Assembly (NCBI GenBank): GCA_947624845.1
Contig: CANQMB010000001.1
Coordinates: 1 to 40,586 of the forward strand
Direction of reading: 5' to 3'
Length of the DNA stretch: 40,586 bases
From: an uncultured Bacilli bacterium
GTDB lineage: Bacteria > Bacillota_I > Bacilli_A > RF39 > UBA660
In this document: positions 35,330-40,586 of the stretch, one piece after another
How the letters are laid out: every line of letters begins with the position of its first letter
How positions within the stretch are numbered: position 1 is the first letter of the stretch
Program-made: the position numbers and the translations under genes
Notes under the pieces: generated by a model
Told to the model about the DNA's origin: nothing
The model's database searches: none
The model's input: only the letters and a program-made list of their open reading frames with translations

Positions 35330-36376
35330 ATGAACAAGGAAAATGAAATATTAAAATCTTTGGAAGAGGATCAAAAGAAGATTACCACTTTACAAGAATT
35401 AAATGAATTAAAAGTAAAGTATTTAGGTAAAAAAGGTCTCATTACAGAATTGAATGCAGAAATTAAAAATGTAGCGGTAGAAGAAAAAAAAGCTTTTGGT
35501 CAAATGGTCAATGCTCTAAAAGAAAAATTCTTAAATTTTTATGAAAGTAAAAAAGAATCTTTAGAAGAGGAAATTTTAAATAAGAAGTTAGAACAGGAAG
35601 CCATTGATATCAGTTTACCTAGTAAGAAAGTAAAAAGAGGATCTCTTCATCCTATGACTAGAATTACTGAAGAATTTGAAGATTTATTTGTATCCATGGG
35701 ATATACTGTTTACGAAGGACCTGAAATTGAAAGTGATGAAAATTGTTTTCAAAAATTAAATTTACCAAAGGGACATCCTGCAAGAGATGCACAAGATACT
35801 TTTTATTTAAAAGATGAGTATGAAAATTATCTTCTTCGTACACAAACTTCTACTGCACAAGTAAGAGCGATGGAAGATCATACAGAAAAAGGACCACTTC
35901 GCATTGTTTGTCCTGGAAAAGTGTACCGAAGAGATGAGGATGCTACTCATTCTCATCAATTTATGCAAATAGAAGGATTGGTCATTGATGAGAACATTTC
36001 TATGGCAGATTTAAAAGGGACTTTAGAATTATTCTGTAAAAAAATTCTAGGAGAAAAAACCAAAGTACGTTTTCGTCCTAGCTTCTTTCCATTTACTGAA
36101 CCTTCTGTAGAAGTTGATGTCAGTTGTTTTAAGTGCCAAGGAAAAGGCTGTGCTTTATGTAAAGGAACAGGTTGGATTGAAGTCTTAGGTGCTGGAATGG
36201 TGCATCCTCATGTTCTAGAAATGAGTGGATACGATAGCAAAAAGTATCAAGGATTTGCATTTGGAACAGGAATTGATCGTTTTGCGATGTTTAAATATGG
36301 TATTCCTGATATTCGAACGATTTATGGAAATGATATTCGTTTTATTGAACAGTTCGATAGAAAGGATAGTGAATAA
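35330..36376 (+). CDS. pheS: Phenylalanine--tRNA ligase alpha subunit
   Basis: Class II motifs are present ([55 protein letters not shown]). 348 aa. Confidence 0.95.
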   Translation: MNKENEILKSLEEDQKKITTLQELNELKVKYLGKKGLITELNAEIKNVAVEEKKAFGQMVNALKEKFLNFYESKKESLEEEILNKKLEQEAIDISLPSKKVKRGSLHPMTRITEEFEDLFVSMGYTVYEGPEIESDENCFQKLNLPKGHPARDAQDTFYLKDEYENYLLRTQTSTAQVRAMEDHTEKGPLRIVCPGKVYRRDEDATHSHQFMQIEGLVIDENISMADLKGTLELFCKKILGEKTKVRFRPSFFPFTEPSVEVDVSCFKCQGKGCALCKGTGWIEVLGAGMVHPHVLEMSGYDSKKYQGFAFGTGIDRFAMFKYGIPDIRTIYGNDIRFIEQFDRKDSE

Positions 36377-36377
36377 T

Positions 36378-38750
36378 ATGAAGTTAAGTAGAAAATTTGT
36401 AAGTGATTATATTGATTTAGATCCTGAGTTATCGATTGAACAAATCGCTCTAGATATGACGAATGTTGGAAATGAATTTGATTCAGCTTCTCCATGGGTT
36501 AGCTGTACGAATTTAGTAGTAGGAGAGGTCTTAGAATGTGAAAATCATCCAGATTCGGATCATTTACATGTTTGTCAAGTAGATGTAGGCAAGGAAGTTT
36601 TACAAATTGTCTGTGGCGCTCCCAATGTTCGAAAAGGTTTAAAAGTGATTGTTGCCTTGCCAGGGGCAAAACTTCCTCTAGGGGAGATTAAAAAAACAAC
36701 CATTCGAGGAGTAGAATCTAATGGTATGATCTGTTCTATTGCAGAACTTGGTATCGACCATAAATATTTAGAAGAAAAAGATTATAAAGGAATTCACGAA
36801 TTCGATAAAGAGGCACCAGTTGGATCGGATCCCATCGCTCTATTAGGATACGATGATGAAATTATCGATTTTGAATTGACTTCAAATCGTGGGGATTTGT
36901 TAAGTATCTTAGGTATGGCTTATGAACTTGGTGCAATTTATAAGAAGAAAGTAAAAGAGATGGAAGTTTCTTTCAAGGAAAATAAAGAAAAAATAGAACG
37001 AGATTTTCATGTGGAAGTAAAGACCGATTATTGTTCTTTATTTCTAGCCAAAAAAGTAGTTGGAGTAAAAATAAAAGAAAGTCCAGATTTCATTAAAAAA
37101 CGCCTAATGGCATCTGGAATTCGACCTATTAATAATGTCGTTGATATTTCTAATTATGTTATGTTAGAAACAGGACAACCTCTTCATTATTATGATGCCG
37201 ATCGCCTAGGAGATCAAATTGTCGTACGAATGGCGAAAGAAGGAGAAAAATTGACGACACTCGATGGAATTGAAAGAACTTTGTCAACCGAAGATATTGC
37301 AATTACAAATGGCGAAGATGTCATTGGCCTTGCTGGTGTGATGGGTGGTTTATCTACGGAAGTAGAAATGGATACAAAAGACATTATTATTGAGTCTGCT
37401 ATTTTCGACAACGTAAAAATTCGAAAAACATCGAAAAAAATTCTAAGAAGTGAGGCTTCTAATCGTTTTGAAAAGGGATTAGATCCAAAAAGAAGTTATT
37501 TGGCTATTCTCCGTAGTTGTCATCTATTAGAAAAATATGCAGATGCAACCATCGTTGGTGGTATGATTGAATACAATCATGAAAATATGGATGAAAAAGT
37601 GATTGAAATTACTTTAGATAAAATTAAAAAAGTATTAGGAATAGAAATTTCTATGGAAGAAGTAAAAAATATTTTCTTGGACTTAGATTTTAAAGTAGAT
37701 GTAGAAAAAGAGAAAATGATCGTCACAGTTCCAACGAGAAGATTAGATATTTCGATTGCCGAAGATTTAATTGAAGAAGTTGGAAGAATTTATGGAATGG
37801 ATAAGATTGAAGGAAAATTACCAATTTTAGACGTCATTACGGGTAGTTATAATAAAACAAGGAGAAATATAAAACATAAATTAGCAGATTTAGGATTAAA
37901 TGAGACTTTTAGTTATTCCTTGATTCCAAATCAGGAAGTTCATCGATTTACTACAGATCATTTTAAAGAGGTGATGTTAGATTATCCAATGAGTGAGGAT
38001 AAAAATACACTTCGGTATAGTCTTTTATATTCCTTAAAGGAGATTTATTTATATAATAAAGCTAGAAATCAAAGTAATATTTCCATTTTTGAAATTGGAA
38101 AAGGATTTTATCAAGAAGAAGATATTTATAAAGAAGATTTAAAGTTAGCAATCTTAATGAGTGGAGATTATTATTTAGATATTCAAAATCAAAAGGTTGA
38201 TTTTTATATCATCAAAGGAATTTGCGAGGAATTATTCAATTATTTAGGTTATGAAAATCGATATCGTTTTGAAGCAAGTTCTAATTTACCAAAAGAATTT
38301 CATCCAGGACAAAGTGCAAATATTATTTTGCAAGGAAAACAAGTAGGTGTGATTGGAAAAATTCATCCTAATATTTTAAAAGAGGATGTCTATGCAATGG
38401 AAATTAATTTAGATCAATTACTACAAAATCGACCAACTCGAATGGAATATAAGGATATTCCTAAATATCCAAGTATTGAAAAAGATTTTGCCTTTGTAGT
38501 GAAAAAGAATATTATGGCCGAAGAGTTAATTGAAATTATTAAAAAAACAGGAGGAAAACTTTTAACAAATGTAAGAATATTCGATGTGTATGAAGGAGAA
38601 AAAGTAGGAGTGGATGAAAAGTCGATTGCATTTAAATTAACATTTATGGATCCAACAAGAACTTTAACAGAGGATGAAGTTATGACGGTATTCAATAAAA
38701 TTATTGAAAAAGTGGAGAATAATCTTTCTGCAAAGTTGAGAGACGAATAA
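36378..38750 (+). CDS. pheT: Phenylalanine--tRNA ligase beta subunit
   Basis: The ATG at 36378 (MKLSRKFVSDYIDL...) lies 1 nt after the pheS stop. The track start at 36225 is inside pheS. A tRNA-binding domain (LVVGEVLECENHPDSDHLHVCQVD) and B3/4, B5 and FDX-ACB regions are present. 790 aa. Confidence 0.95.
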   Translation: MKLSRKFVSDYIDLDPELSIEQIALDMTNVGNEFDSASPWVSCTNLVVGEVLECENHPDSDHLHVCQVDVGKEVLQIVCGAPNVRKGLKVIVALPGAKLPLGEIKKTTIRGVESNGMICSIAELGIDHKYLEEKDYKGIHEFDKEAPVGSDPIALLGYDDEIIDFELTSNRGDLLSILGMAYELGAIYKKKVKEMEVSFKENKEKIERDFHVEVKTDYCSLFLAKKVVGVKIKESPDFIKKRLMASGIRPINNVVDISNYVMLETGQPLHYYDADRLGDQIVVRMAKEGEKLTTLDGIERTLSTEDIAITNGEDVIGLAGVMGGLSTEVEMDTKDIIIESAIFDNVKIRKTSKKILRSEASNRFEKGLDPKRSYLAILRSCHLLEKYADATIVGGMIEYNHENMDEKVIEITLDKIKKVLGIEISMEEVKNIFLDLDFKVDVEKEKMIVTVPTRRLDISIAEDLIEEVGRIYGMDKIEGKLPILDVITGSYNKTRRNIKHKLADLGLNETFSYSLIPNQEVHRFTTDHFKEVMLDYPMSEDKNTLRYSLLYSLKEIYLYNKARNQSNISIFEIGKGFYQEEDIYKEDLKLAILMSGDYYLDIQNQKVDFYIIKGICEELFNYLGYENRYRFEASSNLPKEFHPGQSANIILQGKQVGVIGKIHPNILKEDVYAMEINLDQLLQNRPTRMEYKDIPKYPSIEKDFAFVVKKNIMAEELIEIIKKTGGKLLTNVRIFDVYEGEKVGVDEKSIAFKLTFMDPTRTLTEDEVMTVFNKIIEKVENNLSAKLRDE

Positions 38751-38779
38751 GATGGATATAAAATATATCCATCTTTTTT
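38751..38779. terminator. Intrinsic terminator after pheT (also abuts the convergent gene fragment)
   Basis: gatggatata (38751-38760) pairs with tatatccatc (38764-38773), followed by a T6 run. Confidence 0.75.
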
Positions 38780-38780
38780 A

Positions 38781-39034
38781 TTATTTTTTTAAAACTTTTT
38801 CTAAAAATATTTTCTTTTCAAAAGACCCTCTTTTTTCACATTTTTTATTTGCGACGGTGATTACTTCCTCTAATGTTGCATTTTCTAATTGAGCTAAATA
38901 CTTTATAACTTCTAACATGTCAGCAAGTTCTTCTATTCTATTTTTTCCAGAGGCATCTAATACTTCTCGATAAAGTTCGAGTATTAATTGGTTTCCTCAA
39001 GGAAAGAGTACGACGACTCTATATTATCCTTCAT
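38781..39034 (-). pseudogene. Truncated and frame-shifted all-alpha NTP pyrophosphohydrolase (MazG-like / house-cleaning NTP-PPase) remnant
   Basis: The minus-strand frame 38990-38781 reads QLILELYREVLDASGKNRIEELADMLEVIKYLAQLENATLEEVITVANKKCEKRGSFEKKIFLEKVLKK*. This matches the C-terminal two-thirds of small MazG-like proteins (EE.AD.LEV...LA...G....E.....K..KRGGF..+IFL). The only upstream ATG (39034) opens a different frame that stops after 16 codons, and the N-terminal region is missing. Confidence 0.55.
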
Positions 39035-39045
39035 TTATAATTTTC

Positions 39046-39738
39046 TTATTTAATATTAAAGAAATTATCTATTCCAATGACACCATCATAATAATTATTC
39101 ATGATTTCGATACATAGTTTAACACTTTCATTATCAATAATTTGATTCGTTTTATAGTTGTTAATAATTTGATTAAATAAATTATCATAGTAAAAAGTAA
39201 TGGATCCATATTTTGATTGGATCAAAATAGCAACTAAATCATTAATTTTTGATTTAATATCTTCTTCTAAATTTGATAATAAATAATCATTTATATTAAC
39301 TTTTTCTCCATCAATTTCCATCTCACTACCAAGGATAGAAGATAATTTCTTTTGTAATGGCAACTCTTCATTTTTAATATCTTCTATTAAATAGTTTTTA
39401 TATTGTAATGTTTTTTCTACTGTATATTTGGAAATTTCTTTTTCTTTATTATTTGTATTTTTAGGAATTAAATTTCCAATTACAAAATCTTTTTCTTCTG
39501 TTTTATTAAACTCCAATATTTTATCATCATTAATATCAATTAAAGCCCAATATTCAGGTTTGATATGCTCTTCTTTGCTCCAAACGTTATCCTTATCTTC
39601 TGTTAGCATTACACCAACATACAATTTTTCATTTTCCATTCTTAACATAGGATATAGTGGAATATAATTTGTTAACCCTTTTTTTACTTTTTCATCATTG
39701 ACAATATTTAAATATTTGTCCAAATTTAAATTATTCAT
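39046..39738 (-). CDS. Hypothetical soluble protein co-transcribed with the sigma factor
   Basis: 230-aa ORF that overlaps the sigma gene stop by 8 nt. It has no TM segment and is N/K/I/E-rich. Confidence 0.55.
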   Translation of the reverse strand: MNNLNLDKYLNIVNDEKVKKGLTNYIPLYPMLRMENEKLYVGVMLTEDKDNVWSKEEHIKPEYWALIDINDDKILEFNKTEEKDFVIGNLIPKNTNNKEKEISKYTVEKTLQYKNYLIEDIKNEELPLQKKLSSILGSEMEIDGEKVNINDYLLSNLEEDIKSKINDLVAILIQSKYGSITFYYDNLFNQIINNYKTNQIIDNESVKLCIEIMNNYYDGVIGIDNFFNIK

Positions 39739-40204
39739 AATATCTCTCCTTTACTTTATTTCTTGCGCTATATAAAAAATATTTTATATTTGCCTCCTTA
39801 GTGTTTATTTTTTCACTAATTTCTTTTATTGAAAGGTCATCAACATAGTACATTTTAAATACAGTTTTTTCTTTATCTGTTAAACCAATATTATCTAAAC
39901 TATTTATGATTTCTTTATATATAATTTTATCTAATATTACAACTTCATATCCGGATTCTCGAGCTTCTTCCAATATTGTATTACCTTTTTCTTTAACATA
40001 ATTTTTTGCTTTGGTGCACCATAAATTATAAGCAATTTTCCATATTAAATTTTCTATTTTTTCAACCTTGATATTTTTATTGAAATATTCAAATATTGCT
40101 AAAAAAACATCATTTGTTAAATCTTCTGCATCTTCTTTATTGTTAGTTTTTTTAATTGCCCAATTATATATTTTATAATAATATTCATCATAAATTTTGT
40201 CCAT
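39731..40204 (-). CDS. Sigma-70 family (ECF-like, group 4) RNA polymerase sigma factor
   Basis: Region 2-like segment YYYKIYNWAIKKTNNKEDAEDLTNDVFLAIFEYF and region 4 HTH LTDKEKTVFKMYYVDDLSIKEISEKINTKEANIKYFLYSARNKV. I prefer the ATG at 40204, since the GTG at 40213 is part of the AAAGGTGA SD. Confidence 0.7.
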   Translation of the reverse strand: MDKIYDEYYYKIYNWAIKKTNNKEDAEDLTNDVFLAIFEYFNKNIKVEKIENLIWKIAYNLWCTKAKNYVKEKGNTILEEARESGYEVVILDKIIYKEIINSLDNIGLTDKEKTVFKMYYVDDLSIKEISEKINTKEANIKYFLYSARNKVKERYYE

Positions 40205-40352
40205 AATAATCACCTTTCATTTATATAGTAATTATTTTCATAAAGAGGTTAGTAATTTTAATAAATTATTTACAAGAAATATTCATATTCTTTTTACTAC
40301 ATATTAACATAATCAGTGTGTTTTCTAAATTGTCAAAATTCAATATAAAAAT

Positions 40353-40382
40353 ATTGTATCAAAAACATTTGTTTGATACAAT
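40353..40382. repeat. Perfect 11-bp inverted repeat with an 8-bp spacer (operator or hairpin)
   Basis: attgtatcaaa (40353-40363) and tttgatacaat (40372-40382). Confidence 0.7.
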
Positions 40383-40443
40383 TAATTTGGAACATTTAAT
40401 AGTTGGGTGATTGCCAAACTTCGTGAAGAAGGGAGGCGGTAGT

Positions 40444-40527
40444 ATGAATACGAAGGATTTTTTAATTCTATCCTTAATCATTCTTATCTTCCTATTAATA
40501 TTATTACTATTTATAGTTTTAATATAA
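40444..40527 (+). CDS. 27-codon hydrophobic small ORF (possible type I toxin-like or membrane peptide)
   Basis: A strong SD GGGAGG sits 7-8 nt upstream of the ATG. The peptide is MNTKDFLILSLIILIFLLILLLFIVLI. A stable hairpin follows. Confidence 0.35.
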   Translation: MNTKDFLILSLIILIFLLILLLFIVLI

Positions 40528-40534
40528 AAGAAAA

Positions 40535-40565
40535 TCACCTAACTCAACTGCTTTGAATTAGGTGA
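40535..40565 (+). other. Stable stem-loop downstream of the small ORF
   Basis: tcacctaaCtcaa pairs with ttgaAttaggtga (12 bp, one mismatch) around a 5-nt loop. Only a short interrupted T-run lies downstream. Confidence 0.5.
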
Positions 40566-40586
40566 AACCAATCTTTTGGCAACACT

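Noticed and set aside
36225-36377. Upstream extension of pheT into pheS (track start at 36225)
   Set aside because: The canonical PheT N-terminus MKLSRKFVSDYIDL begins at 36378, directly after the pheS stop. The extension is an out-of-frame read of conserved pheS sequence.
1-40586. Genome-wide UGA=Trp (genetic code 4), prompted by the TGA at a Trp position at 8456-8458
   Set aside because: All other long conserved genes (topA, ppdK, pheT, murC and others) are uninterrupted under code 11. All their Trp residues are TGG by construction of the track, and several genes terminate sensibly at TGA (for example rnhB, Smr and DUF1292). The event is a single site, not a recoded genome.

Overview
The window is AT-rich chromosomal DNA from a spore-forming Bacillota-type bacterium, read with genetic code 11. 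The lineage is inferred from gerA-family and SpoVB-like genes, a T-box leader, an L20-type infC leader and sigma-A-like promoters. All product names come from motifs I recognise in the supplied translations; no similarity search was possible.

Conserved housekeeping backbone:
- rlmD-like methyltransferase, queH, murC, rnhB, topA, ppdK.
- infC-rpmI-rplT, then rpsB-tsf-(lipoprotein)-frr, then T-box-pheS-pheT.

Accessory, visibly more AT-rich stretches:
- 2.4-5.2 kb: four bitopic acidic membrane proteins, next to a two-gene gerA-type locus.
- 18.2-24.1 kb: a zinc-ribbon protein, a 1364-aa MMPL/RND-type transporter with nine tandem repeats in its second outer loop, and an acyltransferase-3 gene frame-shifted at a (TA)10 tract.
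- 24.1-30.3 kb: orphan genes, including a DUF1292 gene translationally coupled to an 868-aa repeat-containing protein.
- 38.8-40.6 kb: a decayed NTP-pyrophosphohydrolase fragment, an ECF-like sigma factor with a soluble partner, and a 27-codon hydrophobic ORF.

Observations most worth follow-up:
- A (TA)10 tract acts as a possible phase switch in the acyltransferase gene.
- An in-frame TGA sits at a conserved Trp position of a DUF4234-type gene.
- Near-identical Rho_N/SAP-like C-terminal modules are appended to both ribosomal proteins L20 and S2.
- The giant repeat insertion in the MMPL transporter.
- pyrH is replaced by an SxxS thioredoxin-like lipoprotein.
- The DUF1292 and 868-aa gene pair.

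I saw no rRNA, tRNA, CRISPR array, transposase or integrase.
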